Below, piece after piece: positions 1 through 9,225 of a stretch of 64,000 nucleotides of DNA. Made by a program: the position numbers and the translations under genes. Numbering within the stretch: the first letter of the stretch is position 1; every line of letters begins with the position of its first letter. The DNA comes from a virus (lineage: Duplodnaviria; Caudoviricetes), in the IMG/VR virus record IMGVR_UViG_3300029305_005724, positions 128,001-192,000 of that record, one strand, 5' to 3'. The notes under the pieces are model-generated. The model was given only the letters and a program-made list of their open reading frames with translations, searched no databases and was not told where the DNA came from.

Positions 1-179
1 TAATGACGATAGATGGAATATATCTATCTCTGCAACACCGTCAGATTTTAGAGCTGGCCAAAATGTAGTATCAGATATAAACAAAATGTTCTTTTAATAG
101 AGATACCGAGACCATTGGTATCTCTATTATTTTATGCATTGAACAAATGAATAAATGAAATAGAGAGGAGAGAAATATA

Positions 180-1436
180 ATGGCTATTAATAAGCGCGTC
201 TCTCGCGAAGTTAAAGATATAAAAGATATCGAATTTCTTCTAAATCTTAAAGAAGACGATATAACGACTACACTTATTATGGAATTATTTGGTGACTTTG
301 GCAAGCATCAATGGTTTAATCCATATGACATTATAACCGTTCCAACTGGAAGATATGGTGGAAAATTGCCTAATGGAAAGGATAAGAAGAATAAAGCTCC
401 ATTTACAACAACTGTGGGAAGACTTATATTTAATAAGTATTTCATCGAAGGAGATCCTGAACTTCTTAATTTCTTTGGATTTATAAATTATAATGTATCT
501 AAAAAGACTTATGGAAAAATGTTTGATTCTATAGGTTATGCAGTTCTTGAAAATGAAATTTCTATAGATGCATATAAGAAATTCTGTAAAAAGAGTCAAA
601 AGTTCATGCCTTACGTAAGCATTCTATCTCCAAACCATTCAGATAATATGCTTACAATTACAAAGCAGATTAATAAAAAGAAAGCTGAACTTATTAAAGC
701 TAATCAAGAAGCTTTTGATAAAGGTGATGTTATTGTCGTTGATAAGGTAAGCAAAGAACTCTTAGACTATGCAAGAGAGCTTATGAAAGACGATCCTGCA
801 ATGGATATGTTTCTTTCTGGGGCAGGCGGTTCTTTTGAAAATAACTTCAAAAACATGTTCATTATGAGAGGATCTGTACAGGATCCTGACCCTAGAAAGA
901 GCTATAATATTATTACATCTAATTATGTAGATGGAGTTTCAAAAGAAGAATACTCTAAATTAGCAAATACACTCGCAGCTGGTCCTTACTCAAGATCTAA
1001 AAAGACTGAGTTAGGAGGATATTGGGAGAAATTATTTATGTCTTCTTTACAGCATGTAATACTCTTAGATCCAGATTCAGATTGTGAAACCAAGAGACAT
1101 ATAACTCTTAAGGTTACAAATAAAAACATCAATTCTATTATGTATTGCTATGTCATTAATAATGATGGTAGCCTTACAGAAATTACATCTAAAAATAGAG
1201 ATAAATTTATAGGTAAAGAGGTTAAGCTTAGATTCTCGTCTATGTGCGAAGCAAAGAATGGTATTTGTAATAAGTGTGCCGGAAATCTATTTTATAGACT
1301 TGGTATTAGAAATGTCGGGGCTTCTACTCCTCAAATACCTTCAAAACTTAAAGTGCTTTCGATGAAATTGTTCCATGACGATCAGCTTAATTTTACTGAA
1401 ATGGATCCTATGGCAGCATTTTGCCCAGATGATTAA
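180..1436 (+). CDS. Phage multisubunit RNA polymerase beta'-like subunit, C-terminal part (probably virion RNAP)
   Basis: TTTVGRLIFN; bridge-helix-like GGYWEKLF..LQHVILLD..SDCET; Zn motif RFSSMC..GICNKCAG; trigger-loop-like NVG...LSMKLFHD. Preceded by late-type promoter AACA-N6-TA (142-153). Confidence 0.85.
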   Translation: MAINKRVSREVKDIKDIEFLLNLKEDDITTTLIMELFGDFGKHQWFNPYDIITVPTGRYGGKLPNGKDKKNKAPFTTTVGRLIFNKYFIEGDPELLNFFGFINYNVSKKTYGKMFDSIGYAVLENEISIDAYKKFCKKSQKFMPYVSILSPNHSDNMLTITKQINKKKAELIKANQEAFDKGDVIVVDKVSKELLDYARELMKDDPAMDMFLSGAGGSFENNFKNMFIMRGSVQDPDPRKSYNIITSNYVDGVSKEEYSKLANTLAAGPYSRSKKTELGGYWEKLFMSSLQHVILLDPDSDCETKRHITLKVTNKNINSIMYCYVINNDGSLTEITSKNRDKFIGKEVKLRFSSMCEAKNGICNKCAGNLFYRLGIRNVGASTPQIPSKLKVLSMKLFHDDQLNFTEMDPMAAFCPDD

Positions 1437-1442
1437 AAATAT

Positions 1443-1477
1443 AGTACGATAGACTTATATAGTCTATCGTACTTTTT
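1443..1477 (+). terminator. Intrinsic terminator
   Basis: 13-bp inverted repeat AGTACGATAGACT/AGTCTATCGTACT followed by a T tract, just after the stop codon. Confidence 0.8.
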
Positions 1478-1507
1478 ATTATTCGTAAAGATTATATAAA
1501 ATAGTCA

Positions 1508-1523
1508 TATATTATAATCGTGA
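1508..1523 (+). promoter_or_regulatory. Putative early (virion-RNAP) promoter, consensus [T/C]ATA[T/A]-TATA-N4-TGA; representative copy
   Basis: Similar motif upstream of non-structural genes at 2506, 5876, 7876, 9966, 12363, 18787, 24679, 49226 (+) and 60831-60846 (-); resembles the phiKZ early motif TATATTAC. Confidence 0.6.
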
Positions 1524-1583
1524 GACAAACAAATAATATATGTCTCAGAAAACCACAATTTTCAAATAAAAGGAGAATGAAAA

Positions 1584-2435
1584 ATGAGTACAAACTTTAC
1601 CCTTGGAACTGAGTTCTTTAAGAAAGGAACTCCTGTAGGAGCTAGCGCAACAAACTATCTCCTTAGCAACCCCAATGAGCTTGTTTCTGCTATTAGAAAC
1701 ATGACCGAAGTCGAAGGCACCAAGATTAATTATATCAAGAATGTCTTCGTTATTAATGACATAACTGTGGAAGAAATTACTACAGACAATGTCCAGGCGG
1801 CAATTCGCCAGTTTGCAAATCCTCTTTTCGAAAAGGACGCAATCGTTCTTGCCAGAGTAAACTACTCTGGGGTTAGCACCACTGAAGGAAGAAAGCATTT
1901 CTCTTGCTTTAACCTTTACAATCTTACAGATGATATTCTGGATTTTTCGTATCCCGAGGATGCAAGAAAATTTGGAAACTGTGAGATCTTCATCTATATG
2001 AACAATATGGGAAGAAAGTTTATCAATGATCTTTTCTATATTCGCGCTCAGAAGGTGATTTGCCTTGCAAACGGTAAAGCTCGTCTTGAGTATACTAATT
2101 ACAATGCAAATAATATTTCTACCGCTCCCAATAGCATCTATGCAGCATTCAAAACAATGAATCTTGCTCAGATGCTTAATGAGAATTCGTTCATTACATA
2201 CATCACCAATGTATATACTGATGGTGATAGCGATGAGTTTGAAACTTTCTATGATATGGAAGCTATTATTGCTTCTATTGATAAAGGACAGCTTATCGTA
2301 TCTGAAGTAGATCGTAAGTATCTTCCTTATGCTCTGGATCTTGGATTTGTATCTCTGAGCAATGATGGTAAGAGCAAAACTCTTCGAATTGTTTATACAA
2401 ACAAATCTGGAAAAGCTTACACTCAGTCAATCTGA
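1584..2435 (+). CDS. Hypothetical early protein with two copies of a ~140-aa repeat domain
   Basis: 283-aa ORF, SD AAAGGAG, own promoter and terminator (2452-2486); repeats end in (G)F..(L/I).....Y.N..G(R/K). Confidence 0.75.
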   Translation: MSTNFTLGTEFFKKGTPVGASATNYLLSNPNELVSAIRNMTEVEGTKINYIKNVFVINDITVEEITTDNVQAAIRQFANPLFEKDAIVLARVNYSGVSTTEGRKHFSCFNLYNLTDDILDFSYPEDARKFGNCEIFIYMNNMGRKFINDLFYIRAQKVICLANGKARLEYTNYNANNISTAPNSIYAAFKTMNLAQMLNENSFITYITNVYTDGDSDEFETFYDMEAIIASIDKGQLIVSEVDRKYLPYALDLGFVSLSNDGKSKTLRIVYTNKSGKAYTQSI

Positions 2436-2563
2436 GTGTAGGGAATGAAAGAAACCGGAGGGCAATAGTCCTCCGGTTTTATTTTTATATATTTTGTTTT
2501 AATAATATATTATAAATATGAAAGAAGTAAAACTTTCAATAATAAAAATTATATAAAAGGAGA

Positions 2564-4075
2564 ATGAAACAAATGGCAAAAATTCTTACAGATCGAAGTT
2601 TTATTAAAACACTTGGTAAAGATAACCAAGTAAAAGAAGCTATCAATCTTACCGATAGCAACATTGATTTTAGCAAAGACCCTACAACGCGTGTAGGAAA
2701 TGAAAGCATTATTCAGTCTGTCGTAAGACATCTTTTAGCTTCCTACTATACGGATTATCCTGATCATGATATTATTGTAAACAAACTTACTGTTATCAAT
2801 AGTTTGGATATTGCCTATGATCATGATATGGATACGATTAGAAAACTTCTTGTAGGCTATATGGTTCGTCAGCTTTCTCCAGAAACTCTTCTTGTGTTTC
2901 ATTTCCCTGAAACACCCGAGTTTATGATTGACGAAAAAGATGCCCTTTCTATTGAAACTGGGGATCTTGGTCTTTACTGCTTTAGTAAAGATGTATGGGA
3001 TATTTCTGAATTCCTTGGCATTGACATTGAGGATAAAGAATGCGGACATTATGCCTTTTATGCCGGTAATAGTGCCGGAAATACTATGCTTCATGCTCTT
3101 CTTGAGAGTAGAAGAAAATATTTTCATACCTTTGAGAATAACGGCACCTATGTTTCGTGGATGAGCAATCCAATTAACTTGAAGAGTGAGAGTGTATATG
3201 ATACTATCTCTTACGAAGTTAAGCAGCACATCATGGATAATATTCCTGATGCTAAGGATAGATTTTATTATATCATTACTAAGATTCATAATGATGTAGA
3301 GAAATCTAATTTTGAAAGTGATCATGATATCATCACGATGTTCGATAATGACCTTTATTTTGGTGCTGAGGAATTTATCTGTACTCGTACGTATGATGAT
3401 GCTGCATTGGAGAAATTCTTGTCTATCGGATTTAGAGAAATCAAAGATATTAGCCGTGTTAAAGACAACAAGGCTCACTTCCTTGTATTGGATAATGGTT
3501 GTGAAATTGCGGACTTCCTTATTTCCAAGTATTCTTTATCTGATGATTCTATGAATATCGTCAAAGTGGAAGAAACTAGAACAGATGTTATTACGGAGCA
3601 ATATGCTAATAATGCTTCTATTTCTTATTATAGAGCATATGCTAAAAATGGAGATAAGAATGATTTTCTTGCAAGAGATGTTTTGTCTTTTGGTGATATT
3701 TTGAAAAATAAATTCGATCAGGTTATTATTATCAGCTATGTAAATCCTGGCAATGGTGCTCCGAAAGAGCTTTTTGATGAATTTGCAAAAGCTCATAAAG
3801 ATGAAATTATTCTTCTTAGAATCGGTTATGATTGTGATGAAAAGGAATCTTATATCAATGGAGAATTTTGTGAACTCATAGCAGATGCAGAAGATGCTGG
3901 ATTTAAGGATATTAATAATCTTTGTAATTTTGAATTTAGCACTCCCTTCCTTTATAGAAACGAGAGAGCTAGAGAATTGCTCAGAGCAATTGTTAGATTC
4001 GAAATTCGCCAGCATTCTGAAAATTTCGTATTTGAAGATGTTGCAAAAGATCTCACTGAAAAGAAAGATTCTTAA
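2564..4075 (+). CDS. Hypothetical early protein with about three copies of the same repeat domain
   Basis: 503-aa ORF with SD, early promoter at 2506 and terminator 4095-4130. Confidence 0.8.
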   Translation: MKQMAKILTDRSFIKTLGKDNQVKEAINLTDSNIDFSKDPTTRVGNESIIQSVVRHLLASYYTDYPDHDIIVNKLTVINSLDIAYDHDMDTIRKLLVGYMVRQLSPETLLVFHFPETPEFMIDEKDALSIETGDLGLYCFSKDVWDISEFLGIDIEDKECGHYAFYAGNSAGNTMLHALLESRRKYFHTFENNGTYVSWMSNPINLKSESVYDTISYEVKQHIMDNIPDAKDRFYYIITKIHNDVEKSNFESDHDIITMFDNDLYFGAEEFICTRTYDDAALEKFLSIGFREIKDISRVKDNKAHFLVLDNGCEIADFLISKYSLSDDSMNIVKVEETRTDVITEQYANNASISYYRAYAKNGDKNDFLARDVLSFGDILKNKFDQVIIISYVNPGNGAPKELFDEFAKAHKDEIILLRIGYDCDEKESYINGEFCELIADAEDAGFKDINNLCNFEFSTPFLYRNERARELLRAIVRFEIRQHSENFVFEDVAKDLTEKKDS

Positions 4076-4195
4076 TTACTAAGAAAAATTGCACAATAAA
4101 GAGGGTTTTTAACCCTCTTTATTTTTTTTTTGATTAATTGCAAACAAATAACTGTTCAACTATCTTATAATACCAAATTTAGGAGGTAAATTATC

Positions 4196-4828
4196 ATGTC
4201 TTTAAACAACAAAACCCCAATAGTTATTTCTAGAAAAGAGTTTGGCTTGATTAGACTTCATTTGAATTGTGCAACTAAAGAACTGGATAAGTTTATTGCG
4301 AATAATGCAGCCGATCTTAATGCTATTACTCCTTTTGAGATTCGTCATTCTACTGAGACTATGGCAGATGCTGTAGAGGTTCAGGAAAAAGACAATGTTA
4401 TGTCTAATTATTTCATTATCAGTATTGGTGATGATGCTCCTTATCATGTGCAGACATTTAACGATGCATTTAAGGAGAAATTTATTTCTATTATTGAGCA
4501 ATTTGGATATGATTTTAAATTCCGTAATAGAGAAAGAGATATTAATAATCATAGCATCGAGCTGAATAATTCAGTCCGTTATCCTTTCCTCAAGATCTAT
4601 GCAGATATAAAGGATAATTGCATAAATATTAAAATCGATGTCAAACAAGTGTTTAATTGTGATAAACATGGCAAGATTGCTACTAAGATTCTTGCTTTCT
4701 TAGAAAAGTATCTTAAGCCTATTGCAATTAAAGTAAATAATGCAGTTGTTGGATTCTTCAAGAAGATTATTAATAAGATTAAAAAGATTGATACAACTGA
4801 TAATAAGGAGGACGGCAGCAATGGCTAA
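4196..4828 (+). CDS. Hypothetical protein
   Basis: 210-aa ORF, SD AGGAGG, first gene of an operon. Confidence 0.75.
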   Translation: MSLNNKTPIVISRKEFGLIRLHLNCATKELDKFIANNAADLNAITPFEIRHSTETMADAVEVQEKDNVMSNYFIISIGDDAPYHVQTFNDAFKEKFISIIEQFGYDFKFRNRERDINNHSIELNNSVRYPFLKIYADIKDNCINIKIDVKQVFNCDKHGKIATKILAFLEKYLKPIAIKVNNAVVGFFKKIINKIKKIDTTDNKEDGSNG

Positions 4829-5288
4829 TAGAGGTCCTGTAGTTGAATCTACAAGCTCTCAAGTCGTTGTCACAGTCTTCAGTCTTGATAAATTTAGTAG
4901 AAGTTTTAATAGAAAGATAGATTTATCTTTCGATGTGCTAAAGAGAAGAATTGAAGGGTTTACAGTTGTAGATTCTTCCCATTTGAATGGCCCATCAAGA
5001 CTTTCTATGATTGAAGATTTCAAGAATGGTCATACGATTCATTTTAAGAAAAATATAGCAATTACAATTGAACCGCCGGAAGATTTCGCTTATACAGAAA
5101 CTGCAGAAAAGAATTTAATGAATCGTATATCTAAAATCTTTAGAAGCATTATTTATGATGATGATACTTTTGAAATAGGAATATCCTATAAGATGTCTCA
5201 TAAATATGATCAAAAGAAAGATATTTATATTATTCTTCTTGAAGTGGTTTCTACAAACTCATTTATAATAAAACCATCTAAAAAGTGA
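4821..5288 (+). CDS. Hypothetical protein
   Basis: Likely start ATG 4821 (MANRGP) after SD AAGGAGG, overlapping the upstream stop. Confidence 0.7.
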   Translation: MANRGPVVESTSSQVVVTVFSLDKFSRSFNRKIDLSFDVLKRRIEGFTVVDSSHLNGPSRLSMIEDFKNGHTIHFKKNIAITIEPPEDFAYTETAEKNLMNRISKIFRSIIYDDDTFEIGISYKMSHKYDQKKDIYIILLEVVSTNSFIIKPSKK

Positions 5289-5306
5289 AAGGATAATATA
5301 AAGAAA

Positions 5307-5861
5307 ATGACAACGCGTGAAAAAGAACCCTTTAAAATTGCCGCAAGTGATTATGCCAATATGAGCTGTTGGCTAAAAATACTTGTGGATTGTATACATA
5401 AAATTGCTAGTAATAGATTCCCATATGGCTTTGTATCTATTGAGTCTTCCGAATCCGATATAGTTACAAAACATCTTTCAGACTTTACATCAAAGAAATA
5501 TGATGAATGCTTACATCATAAAATTACCATTTGGGTTGATGTCAATCATGCCAAAGAACTACAAGTCTACTTAAGGCATGCCTTAGATGAAGCTTGTAAA
5601 ACTAGCTGGCCATTTGGTATTGGGCCTGCTGATAGAGATCAAGTTGTTCTCTTTTACCATAATAAAAATATTATCACTAGTATGACAAATCCAGGAATTC
5701 ATTGCAGTGCTGCTATATCACCATTACCAAAAATAAAAAATGGGTGTGGCGAAAATGCGATGATAACAATAATTACTAAATGCGAGGTTCCTCTCGAACT
5801 TCATGAAGTTAGTTTCTTTGATAGACTTAAGAAGTTTTTTAAAAGAAAGAAAAAATCTTAA
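5307..5861 (+). CDS. Hypothetical protein with C-terminal amphipathic basic helix
   Basis: 184-aa ORF ending SFFDRLKKFFKRKKKS. Confidence 0.7.
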   Translation: MTTREKEPFKIAASDYANMSCWLKILVDCIHKIASNRFPYGFVSIESSESDIVTKHLSDFTSKKYDECLHHKITIWVDVNHAKELQVYLRHALDEACKTSWPFGIGPADRDQVVLFYHNKNIITSMTNPGIHCSAAISPLPKIKNGCGENAMITIITKCEVPLELHEVSFFDRLKKFFKRKKKS

Positions 5862-5950
5862 GTCTAAAATGAATATATATTATAGATTAGAGAAGTAGAA
5901 CTTTGTCTACTTCTCTAATTTTATTTTATTCACAAAGGAGAATGAAAACT

Positions 5951-6271
5951 ATGGCAAGAGGATATGAAGATTTATCCAGACGAGCACTCATCAATCTTGG
6001 ACATGATTTTGATGATGCAAATGATGCGGAACTTATGCAGTTCCTGGCAGAGAATGATGATAAGTATGAAGGCATCAGACCTGTCGAAAAAATTATTGCT
6101 AGAGCTGATCAGCTCAAAGACTCAGCTGCAGATTGTGCTGCAGAAGTAAGAGGATCTATTCGCAATGCTGCGGATAAGCTTCTTGATAACGTTATTGATA
6201 CACTGGCTTCTCTTGTAAACAAAGAAGGAGATAGCAAAGTTATTTCAATGGAGGATACAGATAATGGTTGA
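5951..6271 (+). CDS. Hypothetical acidic helical protein
   Basis: Start ATG 5951 after AAAGGAG; early promoter at 5876. Confidence 0.7.
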   Translation: MARGYEDLSRRALINLGHDFDDANDAELMQFLAENDDKYEGIRPVEKIIARADQLKDSAADCAAEVRGSIRNAADKLLDNVIDTLASLVNKEGDSKVISMEDTDNG

Positions 6272-6779
6272 AGTAAGAATTGTTAGTAAAGCAACAAATG
6301 AAGTTGAGATTATATATCTCGATTATAATGTTGCTGGGACTGTTTCTGAAGGCCTTTCTGCTTTAAGAAAAGTTTGTAATAGAAGTGAATCTTCTAGCCT
6401 TGTAGATATTTCTATTAAAAGTGTTTCAAATGACACTAAGAAATTTTTCGAAGGTAAAGTATTAAACAAGGGTCTCGAACTTATTGATCCTGCTTCAATT
6501 TATGAAGGAGGATACAAACTATCTGAGGCTATGATCGATGTAATCACTAATGAATGCTCTAATAATGAGAATTATTGTGTGCATTTCTACAATACTATGA
6601 AATCTGAAGCTATTGAAGAGAACTTCGTTAGTGGTTCTGATTTTGATGCATTTAAAGATTTCATTTATACTGTAATGACAAAAGTTATTGCAGATATGGA
6701 AGACCGTCTTTCATCATTAAGTCGAATTTCGGTAGATATTAAGCAATTAAAATTAGCAAATGAAGGAGATAGCGAATGA
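6264..6779 (+). CDS. Hypothetical protein, tandem paralog family member 1
   Basis: Overlapping operon gene; weak L..IDP...NNENY match to the next two genes. Confidence 0.7.
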   Translation: MVEVRIVSKATNEVEIIYLDYNVAGTVSEGLSALRKVCNRSESSSLVDISIKSVSNDTKKFFEGKVLNKGLELIDPASIYEGGYKLSEAMIDVITNECSNNENYCVHFYNTMKSEAIEENFVSGSDFDAFKDFIYTVMTKVIADMEDRLSSLSRISVDIKQLKLANEGDSE

Positions 6780-7306
6780 AAAGATTTCCAGATGCTGTGG
6801 CAGAATATTATATATCTAGCGACAATATTTTAGGATATTGTGAAATAGGTTCTGCAATATATGGTGTACAAATGATAAAAGGCGTATCAACAATAGAATC
6901 TGTAAAAGTATTCTATGATAAGATTATCGACTATAATGAATTATACACACCTTTAAACTATTTTGATCCTATTAAATGGATTATCATATGCAAAGAATGT
7001 GAAATAGAACTTCCTGCTATTTTTGAAGATATGATTGATGAAATGGTTCATAATGAAGATTATTGTGATTTTATTATGGATCAATTTGAAAATTATTTCA
7101 GATCAGATCTTAGTGTTGCTAAAACAGAAGTTCATTCTCGAGTTTTTGAAGTATTTCAATATATTTGTAATACTGTTGTAGATAGACTTAATAGAATTAT
7201 GAAAATCGTTAATGAAAACTACAATAAGTATAAAATTGCTAATATAAGCGATGCAAAGTTCGAAGATAAACCATGTGATAAGAAAGGAGAAGATTCATCA
7301 TGTTAG
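6776..7306 (+). CDS. Hypothetical protein, tandem paralog family member 2
   Basis: ATGA overlap; LNYFDPIKWI..C..P..DM..EMVHNEDY motif. Confidence 0.7.
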   Translation: MKRFPDAVAEYYISSDNILGYCEIGSAIYGVQMIKGVSTIESVKVFYDKIIDYNELYTPLNYFDPIKWIIICKECEIELPAIFEDMIDEMVHNEDYCDFIMDQFENYFRSDLSVAKTEVHSRVFEVFQYICNTVVDRLNRIMKIVNENYNKYKIANISDAKFEDKPCDKKGEDSSC

Positions 7307-7872
7307 AAGGACACATTCCTGTAACAGATAAAGATCTTGCAACAAGATCAACATCTACTAAAAATCCGCCCCTTCCAAACTTCTGTTCATCAGAAACAGT
7401 AAATAATGAAAAGTATATCGCAGTAAAAGTCAAGAATATTTCTGATAGAGCTGTTGAAATATGCATAAAAAGAAAAGAAGGAGTTATTGATCTAGCCTAT
7501 TATGAGCTTGGAAGTACTGTTCCATATGAGCATAAAGAAGGTGAAAATCTTATTCATCTTAGGGTTGTAAATAGACTCGAAGTAGATGAAGAAGTTAGAT
7601 ACTCATTATCGTACTTTGATCCATATTATTGGATTAAGTATTGCTATGATAATGCTGTTGCATTTCCTGTAGTATATTTCGATATGCTCGTTAGAGAATT
7701 TGTCGAAAATGAGAAATATAGAGAATATCTAGTAAAGAAACTTATTAAATTAGAGAAAGAGTCATCTGATTTGGATATGTCTTATTATCTCAAATTCTAT
7801 AATAAAGTAATTGAAAAAGCTTTATGGTTTAAAGAGCAAGAAGATCATAGAGTCATGATTACTTTAAAGTAA
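7300..7872 (+). CDS. Hypothetical protein, tandem paralog family member 3
   Basis: LSYFDPYYWI..C..P..DM..EFVENEKY motif. Confidence 0.7.
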   Translation: MLEGHIPVTDKDLATRSTSTKNPPLPNFCSSETVNNEKYIAVKVKNISDRAVEICIKRKEGVIDLAYYELGSTVPYEHKEGENLIHLRVVNRLEVDEEVRYSLSYFDPYYWIKYCYDNAVAFPVVYFDMLVREFVENEKYREYLVKKLIKLEKESSDLDMSYYLKFYNKVIEKALWFKEQEDHRVMITLK

Positions 7873-7959
7873 ATAGATATTATATTAAGGCATGAATGTT
7901 ATTGGCTTTGTCGATTTATACTCATGCCTTAACTTATTAATATAGGGAGGTGTACACGC

Positions 7960-9225
7960 ATGCAAATGAAGGTAAATACTAGATATTCACGGTCAAATGA
8001 ATTTGACTATGAAACTAGACTTGAGCGCGTGAATTTAGATGAAGAACGCCGTCATGATGTATTGACAGGTAATGGCTTCATTGTTAGTTCACCAAAAGCA
8101 ATTAAAGATGATATTAAAGATCCGAATGGTATTTTCTCGACTAAGTACGGTCCTGGTCTTCAGGATGCAAATGCTTTCGGCAATAGATATCGTTGCAAAT
8201 GTGGCCATACCACATCTAGATTCTATCATGGTCTTACATGTGAAGTATGTGGAGAAAAGGTAGAATTTAAAGATGATAATTTTAGCATGTTTGGCTATAT
8301 TTGTCTTAAAGATCCGTATTTTATTATTCATCCTAATCTTTTTATGTCTTTAGCTTTCTTTATTGGAGAAAAGGATTTTATGGGAATCATTACTCCTGAT
8401 GATAGAAAAGATGAAGATGGTCATGACCTTGAAATTAAGAGACCAAAGGATGAACCTTTCCGAGGAATCGGAATGATTGGCTTCCATGATCAGTTTGACG
8501 AGATCATGGAATATTATTATCATAAGAAGCCTAACAAAAGGGATTATTATGAAAGTATTATGAATGATAAAGAAAAAGTATTCATTCAGTCAATTCCTGT
8601 ATTTACAATTCATTTACGTCCTTATAGACTTGATGGTGGAGTATTCCATTTTGAAGGTACTAATGCGACGTATAATATCATTGCAAACTTGGCAGCAAGA
8701 ATCAATGATGATAAAACTAAAATGAATAGAGAGAAGAAACCAAAGAATCAGCTTCTTTTCGATATGCAAATGAAATATAAAGAGCTGTATACTGAATTAA
8801 CAAAAATTATTTCTGGAAAGAAAGGTTCTATTAGAGCACTCTTTGGCGGAAGATATAATTTTACTGCACGTTCAGTTATAGCTCCTGGTCCTGATTTGAG
8901 AATTGATGAAGTATGGTTAAGTTATCCTTGTCTTTGCGGATTGCTTGAGCAAAGAATAATCAATATCTTGCACAAGACCTATTTCATGAAATATAATGAT
9001 GCATATAAACTTCTTCATGAATCTATGCATCAAGAAAATAAAATTATCCGTCAAATTATTGATGGTATTATTGCATCAACAGAAAGAGGAATTCCGTTAT
9101 TGATTAACCGAAATCCTACAATCTCGTATGGCGGTATTTTGCAAGTCTATTGCACAGGAATATCAAAAGGATATACGATGTTGATTCCGCTACCGGTACT
9201 TGAAGGACTGGCTGCGGATTTTGAT
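7960..9225 (+). CDS. RNA polymerase beta'-like N-terminal subunit, exon 1 (probably non-virion RNAP)
   Basis: GIFS, Zn finger CKCG..CEVCG, GKKGSIR..GGRYNFTARSVI, INRNPTI, and AADFD ending at 9225; preceded by an early-type promoter. Confidence 0.92.
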
